In this document: positions 40,702 to 53,477 of the stretch, one piece after another
Numbering within the stretch: position 1 is the first letter of the stretch
Layout of the letters: every line of letters starts with the position of its first letter
Source: Octopus bimaculoides
Lineage: Eukaryota
NCBI RefSeq assembly: GCF_001194135.2
Contig: NC_068985.1
Coordinates: forward strand, 85,898,415-85,962,414
Direction of reading: 5' to 3'
Length of the DNA stretch: 64,000 nucleotides
Program-made: the position numbers and the translations under genes
Notes under the pieces: generated by a model
Told to the model about the DNA's origin: nothing
What the model saw: the letters and a program-made list of their open reading frames with translations, nothing else
Database searches by the model: none

Positions 40702-40737
<36 letters not shown>

Positions 40738-40967
40738 CATACTTATTTAATGTCCATTTCTCCTTGCTTGCATGGCTCTGATGGAGTTTATTTGAGGCAA
40801 ATTCTCTGTGGCAAGATGCTCTTCCTGTCATCAACACTCATCTCTTTCCAAGCATGATAATATTTCTTCATATTCACATATTTTGTGATAGAATATTGGA
40901 AATAAATGACACTGCTTATATAACAGTGACCCTCATTTACAACTGGCAGGAGATGGCATGACAAGGA

Positions 40968-41022
<55 letters not shown>

Positions 41023-41206
41023 TTGCACACATGCACATACACAGGCACACACACATGATTGGCTTCTTTCAGTTTCCATCAACCAAATCCACTAATAAAG
41101 CTTTGGTTGGCTCAGGGCTTTGGTAGAAGGCCCTCACTCAAGGTGCCATGCAGTAGGATTGAACCTGGAACCTTTTGGCTGGGAAGTAAACTTCTTACCA
41201 CACAGC

Positions 41207-41241
<35 letters not shown>

Positions 41242-41269
41242 GCATATATATGTATACAATATGCATGTG

Positions 41270-41369
<100 letters not shown>

Positions 41370-41910
41370 ATACACACATGGATCAGACATGGCATCATTG
41401 AAGCAGAGCTTTCTATGTTCAGATGCCCAAACAAATTCTCACCTGCTTACAAACAAGGTAATAGTTCCCTTAGTCTATTTAACGATGAACAGCTTTGACA
41501 GATGATTGCAAACAAATGACCTTGTTTGTATAAATAGGGACAAGAAGAATACACACATGCATGTCCAGTTTCCATCAACCAAATTTCACTAACAAAGTCT
41601 TGGTCAATCTCCTCGTTGATCTACAGCTAAGGTAAAAGACAGCTTGCATGTGATAGAGAGGGCATCTGGCAATGAAACACTGCCTTGAAGATACATTCCT
41701 CTAGCCCATGCCAGTATGGGGAAATGGACATAAAACACACACACACACACGTATAATCTTCTTTGGTTTTGAGTTAGGGTCCTGATCTTTCTTGTCAGAT
41801 CATAGATTGGTTGAACAAGAAAACTTTAACCAAAAACTGAACTAGGCTTGACCATGCCACCTTTCTTCGGGTAAAGGCTGTTTCAGACTCCATTATCTAA
41901 TGTATTCCTT

Positions 41911-43400
41911 TTCCAGGTGTAGAAGCAAGGATTAGAATGGAAGGGCCTTAGAGTCAACCTAGCTAAAACAAAGTAGGAAGGCAGACAAACCACAAATCCC
42001 TTCAAGTAGATGGTTCTGCTCGATCTGTAGAAAAGGCGTAGGTAGAAACTCTATAAGATGTACCCAGTGCAAGCTATGGACACATAAGAGGTGCAGTAAT
42101 ATCAAAGAAAGGCTAAATGGGAAGATAGTTTTTGTATGTGGCAAATGTTCAGGAGCTATAAACACTGAAAATGTGCAGAGAACAACTGCCACATTCCAGG
42201 GAGAAAAACTACAAGTAGTTGATAGCTTCTGTTACCTAGGTGACCAAGTCAGTAGTGGGGCTGGGTGCTTTGAAAGTGTAGCTGCTAAAATAAGAATAGC
42301 CTGGGCAAAGTTCAGAGAGCTCTTTCTTCTGCTGGTGACAAAGGGCCTCTCACTCAGAGTAAAAGGCAGACTGTATGACGCATGTGTATGAACAGCCACG
42401 CTACATGGCAGTGAAACATGGGCCGTGACTTCTGAGGACATGCGTAAGCTCGCAAGGAATGAAGCCAGTATTCTCCACTGGATGTGTAATGTCAGTGTGC
42501 ATACACGATAGAGTGTAAGTACTTTGAGAGAAAAGTTGGACCTAAGAAGCATCAGATGTGGTGTGCAAGAGAGACGACTGTGCTGGTATGGTCATGTGGC
42601 GAGAATGGATGAGGATAGCTGTGTGAAAAAGTGTCACACTCTAGTGGTTGAGGGAACCTGTGGAAGAGGTAGACCCAGGAAGACCTGGGATGAGGTGGTG
42701 AAGTACGACCTTCAAACATTAGGCCTCACCAAGGCAATGACTAGTGAGCGAGACTTTTGGAGAGATGCTGTGCTTGAGAAGACCCAGCAAACCAAGTGAG
42801 ACCATAGCCCATGCCTATGTCAGTGGTGTAACCAGCCCACTTATGCATACTTTTCCTTCACTGGACACTAAACTCTGCTTGTGAAGACCTGTTGAGGCAA
42901 GTGAAATCGAAATCAAATTCAATGACAGCACCGCATGACTGGCTCCCGTGCTAGTGGAGCGCTAAGAGACCCATCCGAGCATGATTGTTGCCAGGGCCAC
43001 CGAATGTCTACCGTGCCAGTGGCATGTAAAAAGCACCATTTAAGCATGATTGTTACCAGCATCAACTTACTAGCACTTTGGCCGGTGGCACGTGAAAAAC
43101 AACATTCGAGTGAGGTTGTTGCCAGTGCCGCTGGACTGGCTCCTGTGCAGCCGGCATGTAAAAAACACCATTTGAGTGTGGCCGTTACCAGTACCGCCTG
43201 ACTGGCCCTTGTGCTGGTGGCACATAAAAGCACCCATTAGACTCTCAAAGTGGTTGGCATCAGGAAGGGCATCCAGCTGTAGAAACACTGCCAGATCAGA
43301 TTGGAGCCTGGTGCAGCCATCTGGCTCACCAGTCCTTAATCAAACCACCCAACCCATGCTAGCATGGAAAGTGGATATTAAACAATGATGATGATGATGA
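41911..43400 (+). mobile_element. 5'-truncated RTE-clade LINE: end of RT, PHD finger, C-terminus, repeat-containing 3' UTR, (GAT)n tail
   Basis: Translations: GLRVNLAKTK; CSICRKGVGRNSIRCTQCKLWTHKRC..FVCGKC; VVDSFCYLGD..RIAWAKFREL..GRLYDACV; RRLCWYGHVARM..GRGRPRKTW (stop 42797-42799). 3' end GCATGGAAAGTGGATATTAAACAATGATGATG. Confidence 0.95.
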
Positions 43401-44092
43401 AGTATAATTTGAAGGAAATTTGACTGCTGTTTCTGTCAGATGACATAACCCTATAGAAGCTTTCTCACTGGCACAAAGGTTTATTGAAACAAAGTGGCTG
43501 TTTTTCCCTCTCTTTCCTCTTTTTCTATTTTCCAGCAACATCTTTGATAAATGTCCAGAGATACATCGGCATCTCAAACTACAGATGCACGATACATATC
43601 TTGACCAAAACACACATCTTTCACCAACAAAAAAACATAAACATAAACATACAAAAATCAAACCAAATTTATTTTGTAGAAAAGCACAACCTAAAATGGT
43701 CTCTATAATATCTCAATGAAATAAAGATTTAATATATCAGATATTCTCATCAAATAACATAATGCCAAGTTTTAGCAATGGGTATCTCTCACTCGCTTTC
43801 TCTTTCTCTCTCTCTCTCTCTGTTGGAGCCAGTTTTCTGTACTTGCAAAAATAAATGTATCATTCAGAAAACAAATCTAAACTAAAACATAAATATGTTT
43901 GAAATATTCATAGAACTGAGTCTACTTTTTTCAAAAATGCAATTGGCAGCTTATTTATTGGGAAGAAAGAAAGAAAGAAAAAATATCTAGATGAGAGAAA
44001 TAGAAAGGGGAAGAGAAAGTGAGGGATATATAAATGAATGTACATATGTACATGTATATATATCTATATATACATGTACATATGTACATTTG

Positions 44093-44126
<34 letters not shown>

Positions 44127-45485
44127 TGTATGTATGTATGTATGTATGTACATATGTATATACATAAGAGCAGAAAGACAGTCATATGTTTAATCATTGA
44201 TCTCTTGGAAGACGATGGAGTTGTACAGCGGTCTGCCTTAATACAGTGTCAGCCTGCTGGCTGGAGAGGAACCTGTTCATAACCTTGTTATCAGCACAGC
44301 ACAGTGTCTACGACAAAGACATTTACCAAACACTGGTTCAATACTCCCAGATATAAATAAGTATATAAACCAATATACACATGTGTGTGTGTGTGTGTGT
44401 GAATATATATATATATTTATTTATTGTACGTATGTGAGTTTGTGTGTTATAGATGCATTCATGTGTATAACACAAATAAGGAAAATCAAACATAAAAGAA
44501 ATGGATACACACATACATGGAAGACACTTGCCTCAAGGGCCACTATGTGGCTCCTTTGGTGATTGTCTCTTAGTATAGACTGAAGCCAATTTATACTTTG
44601 TGAATAATTAGTAGATAGATGTGTTATATCTATCTGTCTGTCTATTTCTTTATCTATCTGTGAGTGTGTGTGAATGACAATCCATGTGCCGTCATTGACA
44701 TTTTACTGTCTGAATATCTAAAAAAAAAACAAAAGAAAAGTCTTAGTTTACATTCTTCATTAAGTGAAAGTCCCATAGTTTCAACTTTTGATGTGTGAAG
44801 ACCAACAGATTGAAAACCAATCTCTTACTTGGAAAACAGGTTAGGGTTAACAACAGGAAGACCATCCAAACCATATTAGGTTTGTCTGAACGAATTTTGT
44901 CTCATCGAAATATTGAACAACAAAAATTGTTTTGATATCTGTTTCCCCTAGACAAATATTGAAGCATTGTTTTACCACCAGATGTCCTTGCTATCACTAA
45001 AATCGATTTGTTTTACTTGTAAGGCATTTCTTATTCTAAGGTGCAAAGCCAGTGGATGCATTTTGCTGACAGGGAAAGACAACAGAGTCACCATTTGCAG
45101 CTCAAAGACTTTTAGAGAAGCACAAGATGATTCAAACATATAGACATACACACATGCATATACATGTGTGTGCACAGACATATGTATGTATGAATGTATG
45201 GCAGACTTCTTTCAGTTTCTGTCAAACAAATCCAATCACAAAATTTTGCTTGACTCTTGGCTACAGGAGTCTCTTTGCCCATTGTGCAATGCAGTGGCAC
45301 TGAATTCAAAAAGGAATTTCTTAAACCTTGCAGCCATTCTTGTACCTATAGATGTTTATACACACACACACACACACACGCCCCCACCCCACATATACAG
45401 GGTGCAATGGGCAAATTGTTGCCATTTTATATTTTTAATTTTGCACATGCGCATTGTTTGTTTTTTGATTTTGTTGACTACGCAG

Positions 45486-45494
45486 TATAGTAGG
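45486..45494 (+). CDS. Candidate 9-nt frame-preserving microexon (TATAGTAGG)
   Basis: Long T-rich tract ..TTGTTTGTTTTTTGATTTTGTTGACTACGCAG|TATAGTAGG|GTCAGT. Longer exons from this acceptor hit stops in all frames. No transcript evidence. Confidence 0.2.
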
Positions 45495-46814
45495 GTCAGT
45501 TGAGTACCATCTGTGAGAAAAACAGCACCGTGACACAATTCTCTCTGCCAGAAATTTGGAAATGACGGGCTGTACTGCTTGGAATTCATGCCAGAAGCTC
45601 CAATATGAACATTGCTTATGTAGGTCTAGATGTGTGTGTGCATGTGTAAATGTCTGTATGTTAGAGTTTTGTTGCCCTAGGCCAACCACAATCAAGCAGA
45701 CCTATCATCTAAGACAGTCCAAAAGTGACCATACCACATATAGTGGCCTACATTATCCAATGTACCTTGTTTCCGTTTTTTTCCCCTAAGATTGAAGGTA
45801 ATAACTCTAGGAAATTTGGTTGTTGTTTCTAGCAGGTCAAAATGTGACATTCTCTTTTTTTAAATATATATTAACTATATATTTTCTTTTTTGAAATATA
45901 TATTAACTATTAAATTATAAAACTGAAATAAACCAGAATGTAATTAGGTAATCTGAAAATATGAATCAGATATTTCAGAAAACTATTTTATAAAAGATAT
46001 AAAAGAGTAAATAAGACAATGAGATCATAAATCATGGTTAATCATATTTGGGAAACAAACAAGCGATTCCGACAGAAGACAGAGTAAAATAATGAATATT
46101 CTAACAGAATTTCAACATTGAAAATAGAATTTATTTAATTTACAAGTTGACTCTTTTCTTTCCAATTATATACTTTGAGTCCAGTCTCCTGGGAGGGAGA
46201 GACAGAGGGGGGGGAGGAGCAGAAAGAGAGGAAAAAGTGGTAGAGATTGAAGGGTAAGGGTAAATGAATACCCACAAAGAAGGATAGAGTAATTGGTGAG
46301 AGAGAGAGAGAGAGAGATAGAGATGGCCAAAGGAAGAGTTGAATGAAAGGACAGGTTGATGGACAGGTTAAACAGAGAAACAGACCGGTAATGTCAACAG
46401 ACAAACAGAAAGTTTGTCGGAGCAAGAAGAGAGACAAACAGACGGAAGGGAAAGAATGGGAAAGAAATTAATAATGCATATATTTTATATACATACATAT
46501 GCACGCACACAAACACACATATATAAATGTATAAATGGGGGTGCACAAACATGCATATGTATAAGTATAGGTATATATATATATAAACATTTTATATATA
46601 TACACATATAAGTATATATATATATATATTTATATATGTATATATAAATGTTTATATATATGTACATGTACACATACATCATTTATGTGTATATATAAAT
46701 GCACATATAAACATTTACATATATGCATGTATATATATGTAAACATTTATTCACACACATTATCATCATCATTATTAACATCCGCCTTCCATGCTAGCAT
46801 GGATGGGACAATAT

Positions 46815-46872
<58 letters not shown>

Positions 46873-47565
46873 ATATTGTGTAAACATTTATATATATATG
46901 TGTAAACATTTATATATATGTGTGTGTATAAAAATAAGGTGAATAACTGATGCAACATGGTATCAAGTGTTCTACTGAGAAACTCCCTATATATTTAGAA
47001 TATTTCATTTGGAGTGGCCTAGTGGCTTGGGTGTTGAGCTCAGATTCAAAAAATCATGGGGCCGATTCCTGCATAGTGTCTTTAAACAAGGAGCATCAAT
47101 TCACATTGTCCCACTCTACTCATCCGAGACAAGTACCAACCAAGTGCTGGGACAGATCTCCCTTTCTCTCCTTCTCTCACTTTTTCTCTATCTGTCATAT
47201 CTTAGATCTTTCACTGGAAGGCCAAGGGGTATCCATGTCTGTTAATAGTTACTTAGGTACCTAAAATAATTAATAAAAACACAGTATTTATTATTAAGCC
47301 AGATTGAATCTTGAGAGGAAGCCACAACAAAGTTTGGTTACTAATCCAAGGTCAATTTCCAGAAACATTCAAGTAAATTGAAAAAAAACCCAACTCCACC
47401 TGATAATACTCCATATTCTATTCATCAAATAACTTGATGTAGAATGCAGGTGAGATACTAGAAAGATGAAAGCCTTGTTAGTGATTCTTAGTTTTAACTA
47501 GCTTCACTTATATTGCTGATGCTCTCGAGAAAGACATACAACCATATACTGCTGTTACTCTAAAT

Positions 47566-47722
47566 CAGGGATTCTCAACCACTGAGCTACAGAGAGAGAG
47601 GGTGGGGGAGAGGGTGCAATAAATACATCAAAAGCAAACCTTTTTCATGGATCCTTAATTTATTACTGTGAATCCCCAATTTATTATTTTCCTTGCGTAG
47701 ACATCCTGGTTGAGAAAAACTG
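47566..47722. mobile_element. hAT-family MITE with 8-bp target-site duplication
   Basis: TIRs CAGGGATTCTCAACC and GGTTGAGAAAAACTG. Flanks CTCTAAAT (47558-47565) and CTCTGAAT (47723-47730) match 7/8. Confidence 0.75.
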
Positions 47723-48037
47723 CTCTGAATTCATTCTTTTCAAAATTATATAATGTTTTTTCCACAAAAAATGGAGGTTTGCTCTGTTTTTAAGATGATA
47801 AGTAGATGTGGGTGTACACCCTTGCTTTGCTTAGAAAACACATTTGTCTCAGCAGACATAGGGTTCTGGCTTGTGTTTTGTAACAGTCTAATGAATGGAG
47901 GAGACATGTGGTAAAGACATATGATATAGACAAAGAAATAAAGCAAGGGCAACGATAGGCTTGCAATAGATTTCAATGAAAGACTTATGAATTTGTATTA
48001 CTTTACTGTATTCACTTGGATATTTCACTTCTGTCAG

Positions 48038-48065
48038 ATAAATCTAACATCTTTGACTATAGAAG
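48038..48065 (+). CDS. Candidate exon of unidentified + strand gene (28 nt; INLTSLTIE or KSNIFDYR)
   Basis: TTTCACTTCTGTCAG|...GAAG|GTAATA; two frames are open. Confidence 0.3.
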
Positions 48066-48944
48066 GTAATAATATTGTATATGCAGTAGGTAGGCAGGTG
48101 AGTAGGAAGACAAACAGACAGACAGATAAATAGATAGATAGACGGACAGATTGAAAGGTAACTAGCTAGCTAGATAGATACATATACAGACAGATGGATA
48201 GACAGATGGACAGATGGATAGATAGATATACAGATAATAGATAGGTAGATAGGTATAGATATATTGATAGATCATATAACTATAAATGAATTATCGAAGG
48301 AATTACCTCTTTTACAGCTGGTTGCTTGTTTGTTCTAGTAGTGACCATTCAAGTATTTTCACATTGACAGAAGCAGAACTATATATNNNNNNNNNNNNNN
48401 NNNNNNNNNNNNNNNNNNNNNNNNNNNNNNNNNNNNNNNNNNNNNNNNNNNNNNNNNNNNNNNNNNNNNNNNNNNNNNNNNNNNNNNNNNNNNNNNNNNN
48501 NNNNNNNNNNNNNNNNNNNNNNNNNNNNNNNNNNNNNNNNNNNNNNNNNNNNNNNNNNNNNNNNNNNNNNNNNNNNNNNNNNNNNNNNNNNNNNNNNNNN
48601 NNNNNNNNNNNNNNNNNNNNNNNNNNNNNNNNNNNNNNNNNNNNNNNNNNNNNNNNNNNNNNNNNNNNNNNNNNNNNNNNNNNNNNNNNNNNNNNNNNNN
48701 NNNNNNNNNNNNNNNNNNNNNNNNNNNNNNNNNNNNNNNNNNNNNNNNNNNNNNNNNNNNNNNNNNNNNNNNNNNNNNNNNNNNNNNNNNNNNNNNNNNN
48801 NNNNNNNNNNNNNNNNNNNNNNNNNNNNNNNNNNNNNNNNNNNNNNNNNNNNNNNNNNNNNNNNNNNNNNNNNNNNNNNNNNNNNNNNNNNNNNNNNNNN
48901 NNNNNNNNNNNNNNNNNNNTATATATATATATATATATATATAT

Positions 48945-49260
48945 CATCATCATCATCATCATCATCGTTTAACGTCCGCTTTCCATGCTAGCATGGGTTG
49001 GACGATTTGACTGAGGACTGGTGAAACCGGATGGCAACACCAGGCTCCAGTCTGATTTGGCAGAGTTTCTACAGCTGGATGCCCTTCCTAACGCCAACCA
49101 CTCAGAGAGTGTAGTGGGTGCTTTTACGTGTCACCCGCACGAAAACGGCCACGCTCGAAATGGTGTCTTTTATGTGCCACCCACACAAGCCAGTCCAGGG
49201 GCACTGGCAACGATCTCGCTCGAAAATCCTACAGGAGCCAGTCAGGCGGTACTGGCAACG
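48945..49260 (-). mobile_element. RTE 3' UTR/tail copy, left arm of a head-to-head fold-back
   Basis: (CAT)n-CGTTTAACGTCCGCTTTCCATGCTAGCATGGGTTGGACGATTTGACTGAGGAC is the reverse complement of the 49560-49648 tail. Confidence 0.9.
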
Positions 49261-49648
49261 ACACTAAAATCTGCTTGCGAAGACCTGTTAGGGCAAGCGA
49301 AAGCAAAGTCGTGATGGCACCACCGTTCGAACATGATCGTTACCAGCGTTGCCTTCCTGGCACTTGTGCCGCAGCTTTGTGTTCCTGGCTCCTGTGCACG
49401 TGGCACGTAAAATACACCATTTTGAGCGTGGCCATTGCCAGTACCACCTGACTGGCCTTCGTGCCAGTGGCATGTAAAAGCACCCACTACACTCTCAGAG
49501 TGGTTGGCATTAGGAAGGGCATCCAGCTGTAGAAACTCTGCCAAATCAGATTGGAGCCTAGTGCAGCCATCTGGTTCACCCGTCCTCAGTCAAATCGTCC
49601 AACCCATGCTCGCGTGGAAAGCGGACGTTAAACGATGATGATGATGAT
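49260..49648 (+). mobile_element. RTE 3' UTR/tail copy, right arm
   Basis: Begins GACACTAAAATCTGCTTGCGAAGACCTG (compare 42868) and ends GCGGACGTTAAACGATGATGATG. Confidence 0.9.
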
Positions 49649-49914
49649 TATATATATATATATNNNNNNNNNNNNNNNNNNNNNNNNNNNNNNNNNNNNN
49701 NNNNNNNNNNNNNNNNNNNNNNNNNNNNNNNNNNNNNNNNNNNNNNNNNNNNNNNNNNNNNNNNNNNNNNNNNNNNNNNNNNNNNNNNNNNNNNNNNNNN
49801 NNNNNNNNNNNNNNNNNNNNNNNNNNNNNNNNNNNNNNNNNNNNNNNNNNNNNNNNNNNNNNNNNNNNNNNNNNNNNNNNNNNNNNNNNNNNNNNNNNNN
49901 TATATATATATATA

Positions 49915-51155
49915 TTTCTCAGGAGAAGAATGTACAACTCCACACAAGCTAGTGATTAGTGACTTCAGGTTTAGGGCCAGAAAGATCTAGATACGCATAC
50001 CAAAATGGAAAAGGAGTCTGTAGAAGCTGAAGGATCCTTCAAACAGGCGGCGATTGAGAGATGTCCTCAATGGGGCCTATGATGAAGAGGAAAAAGAGAT
50101 AAAGGTATATGATGTAGGGGACAACTGGAATTCCCTGCAGAACAATCTACGAAGGGCAACAAACCAATTTGTAGTTGGAGCAAAGCCTTTGCCAGAACAA
50201 TGGTGACGTTGACAGGGCCATAAAAGAGAAGAGACAGGTCTGGAAAGAGTGGAAAAGAAGGGGTGGTAGCAAAGAATCGTATTAGAAGGCTAAAAGGAAG
50301 CTAGACCTCAGGTGTATCTAGCTAGGGTAGAAGCAGAAAAGAAGAGGTTTGCCAATGTGCTACAGGGTGAAGATCAGAGACTTGAGGTATTTCAGATTGC
50401 TAGACAATGTGTCAATGAGAATTGAGATATTGTGGGAGGGAAGTGTATGCGGATAGATAATGGCAGGCTTGCATTTAGTGATGTGGACAAAAAAGAGGCA
50501 TGGAAAAGTTACTATGTGTGACTGTTGAATGTAGAAATTGAATGGGATAAAGGGAGTCTCCCTCATGTAAACTTAACAAAGGCTATCCTAGTGGATAGAT
50601 ATGGTATGGTTGATATAGCAATTAAAAACATGAAAACTGGGAAGATGCACTACCAATGCTATTTTCATAGCCAGGCAAGAGAAGTACTTAGCTAGGAATA
50701 AACCATTATACTTGGCATTCATTGAGCTAGAGAAAGCCTTTGACAGAGTGTCCACTGTGTGATATAGTAGGCTTTGAAGAAGGATAGATGAGTGGTGGCT
50801 GGTGAAAGCTCTGCAGGCCATGTACGAAAATGCTGTCAGTAAGGTGAGAGTTAACCACTAGTAAAGTGAAGAATTTGGTGTACAAGTAGGAGTTCATCAA
50901 TGACCAGTTTTCATTCAGCCTCCTCCCAGTTTTCATCATTGTTCTCCAGGCCATAACAGAGGAATTCAAGACTGGCAGCCCCTGGGAACTACTATATGCT
51001 GATGATCTTGCCCTCATAGAAGATTCCATATCAAAGCTAGAAGAGAAATTCCAGGTATGTAAGCAAAACCTGGAATTTAAGAGCCTTAAGGTTAACTTAG
51101 CACAGCAAGAAAGCTGACAGGACCCTATCCTACTCTGGTAGGTGACCCTGTTTGG
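49915..51155 (+). mobile_element. Decayed RTE LINE ORF2: end of APE endonuclease, linker and RT with internal deletion
   Basis: FSGEECT..PHKLVISDFRFRARK at ~49915-49985; AFIELEKAFDRV at 50715-50750; LLYADDLAL with YADD at 50995-51006. Multiple stops and frameshifts. Confidence 0.9.
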
Positions 51156-51169
51156 TTTTGTGGGATTAT

Positions 51170-51660
51170 AAGGAAGTGTGCAAGAGAAAATCATTGTGTT
51201 GTAGGGAAGAAATTTATGCAGGACGATAGTGGTGCACTTGCGTTTGTTGATACTGCAAAGAAAAAACAAAAGACATTCAAGTGTTATTATGAGAGATTGT
51301 TGAATGAGGCAAAATTCTAGGAACCAGTCAACCAAGTTGACTGTTGAATGGTAAATAGATTACTTGATGATATGAAGGTGGAGGAAGGCATCTAGATTTT
51401 TCAAGTTTTGTTATTGAAATACTGAAAATATTTGGAAGAGTTTGACCTTGGAAGAGTTGTCCTAACTGTGGTCAATAATGTAGTAGAAGAGACGTCACAC
51501 CTAATGACTGGTACAGCAATACCATTGTAAAGTGTAGCAAAGATAAAGGATATACAGTGAAAGTGGTGACTATTGAGGCATCATCTTAACAGACCAAGTT
51601 ATGAAAGTTACCAACAGAATTGCAGCACAAGAGATTGGGGACAGAGTAAGTGAAGCCATA
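51170..51660 (+). mobile_element. Second, more decayed RTE ORF2 fragment
   Basis: DDSGALAFVDTAK..YYERLLNE; PNDWYSNTIVKCSKDKG..DQVMKVTNRI, homologous to 63515-63757. Confidence 0.65.
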
Positions 51661-52791
51661 CTAGTGTGTGTGTGGAGGATTGAGGGGGGGGGGATTAGTG
51701 AAGCCATACAAATGGGGGACTGGGTGGGATTATATCTACATCTTTGTTCTTTTTGCCCCTGCTTGTCTCTTTCTTCTCTCTTTTTTGCTTATTTGTACCA
51801 ATCTGTCACCTTCTCTCCTTTTCACTGTTCTACGTGAACCAAGTAAAGAGGGGGAAATATTACATTTGTGCATATTCAATCCTCAATATTAATATCTATA
51901 TTTACTCTTCTCTTCATCCTAACATCATGCATGAATATTGAAGGATTGTATCAGATTTATTGCTATCTGATACACTAATCTGTTTAGTTCACTGAATTGG
52001 TTGAAAAAGAAACATTAAGCATAAGGAAATTGAATTGTTACAGTAAACAAAGAACAGAGAATTGTGACAGGGCAGGATTGTCTCTGCCCAAAATATTCTG
52101 GACATGGTCCCTAAACTGGCCATCGCATATTTAGTTTTATTGATGTCCAACTCTGTCTTCACATGATCTTCATTCTTCTTCCTCGTTTGCACACTCTCTT
52201 ACCAACAAACTCAAACCCTTTGGTTGATTCATAATTGATATCTAACACATTCTCTTGCTACCAACAATTTCAGTAACTAGCCACAAACACACCCATACAC
52301 ACACTTGAAGACAAGTCATTGTTGGAACAGGAAGAGTATCCAGACAGAGAAAAATTGCCTCAGTAAAGTCAAGCCCTACAAGCTTGGAAAAGTGGATATT
52401 AAAATCATGATGATGATGATATATGTATTCCTCTGACAAAAACCAATTAAGAAATCAACTCATAAACCAACCAACCAACCAACCAACCAGCCAGCCAGCC
52501 AGCCAGCCAATTATGGCTCATACACGATGAATACAACCTAAGAATTGAACTCTCATTAATGCTGCTTGTATCAGTGAATGATTGCAACATATCTGATTAA
52601 GTTTGCGATTCCATAAAATACGAAACTGACAGCAACATTTATCCCTAAGGGCATTTAAATAATGCTAGAGCTGTATCATAATACTGACATCTGTACATGT
52701 GTGTATATCCACACACACACACACACACATCTGTATCATTTTTTCCTATGATAGTTATTGCATCTATTTTTTCTTCTTCTTTCTATGTTAG

Positions 52792-52847
52792 TTGGCGTCG
52801 ACAAGGATGAACTCTTACTGAATCACATGAATAAGCAATTGATTATG
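52792..52847 (+). CDS. Candidate exon of unidentified + strand gene (GVDKDELLLNHMNKQLIM), phase 1 to 0
   Basis: Long pyrimidine tract TTTTTTCTTCTTCTTTCTATGTTAG| and donor |GTCAGT. Only one frame is open. Confidence 0.5.
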
Positions 52848-53408
52848 GTCAGTACAAGCATTCCATCATTCAATATCCTACACATATGTCTATACACAGC
52901 CAGTTGGCAATCTTTGGCCTCGACTGGATTTTAATATGTGCACATACAGACACACACACCGCACAAACTTACTTTTTAATTTTATTGAAACATGAATGCA
53001 GGGCATATTTTATAACGAATAAATATGCTTGCCTTCATTAGCAGCATTCCCTACACTCGCTCTCTAAAAAATAATGACACCAAACAATGGAACCATAGAA
53101 ATACAAAGATAGGACAATCACTGGAGAATCATGGGTGGAGTGTCTTTGATCATATATACAGATGTAGGAATCTAATAAACACTTACATATGTTTACACAC
53201 ACACACATGTATATGTTGTCAGTAAACTTCTGCAGAAGTCTGAGACGACAGTATTTCCTTCTTGATGTTGACATCTCACCATTGATTATAGACGTAAACC
53301 AATTCTTTATGACATCTCTGTGACACCCATGCAGATTATGCTAAAATGAAGACATTGAGTTAAACATTTTATTCTCTTCTTTCTTTATACGATAGACATT
53401 CCATTTAG

Positions 53409-53477
53409 GATAAAAGGAAAACTACTGCACCAGAACTCTATAAATATATCAAATGTTATACAAGTCTTGAGGAAGAA
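53409..53477 (+). CDS. Candidate exon (DKRKTTAPELYKYIKCYTSLEEE), phase 0 to 0
   Basis: ..TTCCATTTAG| and |GTAAGT. Phase is compatible with both neighbours. Confidence 0.5.

Noticed and set aside
42915-43240. CRISPR-like or hammerhead-ribozyme reading of the 3' UTR array
   Set aside because: Units are contiguous degenerate repeats without unique spacers, inside a eukaryotic LINE with no cas genes. The hammerhead core (CUGANGA..GAAA) is absent.
50727-51335. 202-aa minus-strand ORF
   Set aside because: Antisense shadow of the RTE reverse-transcriptase remnant.
53155-53360. Additional exons near 53.2-53.3 kb on either strand (e.g. NFCRSLRRQYFLLDVDISPLIID +; HNLHGCHRDVIKNWFTSIIN -)
   Set aside because: Mutually conflicting readings that are not needed for the phase-consistent chain. 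They cannot be chosen without RNA data.
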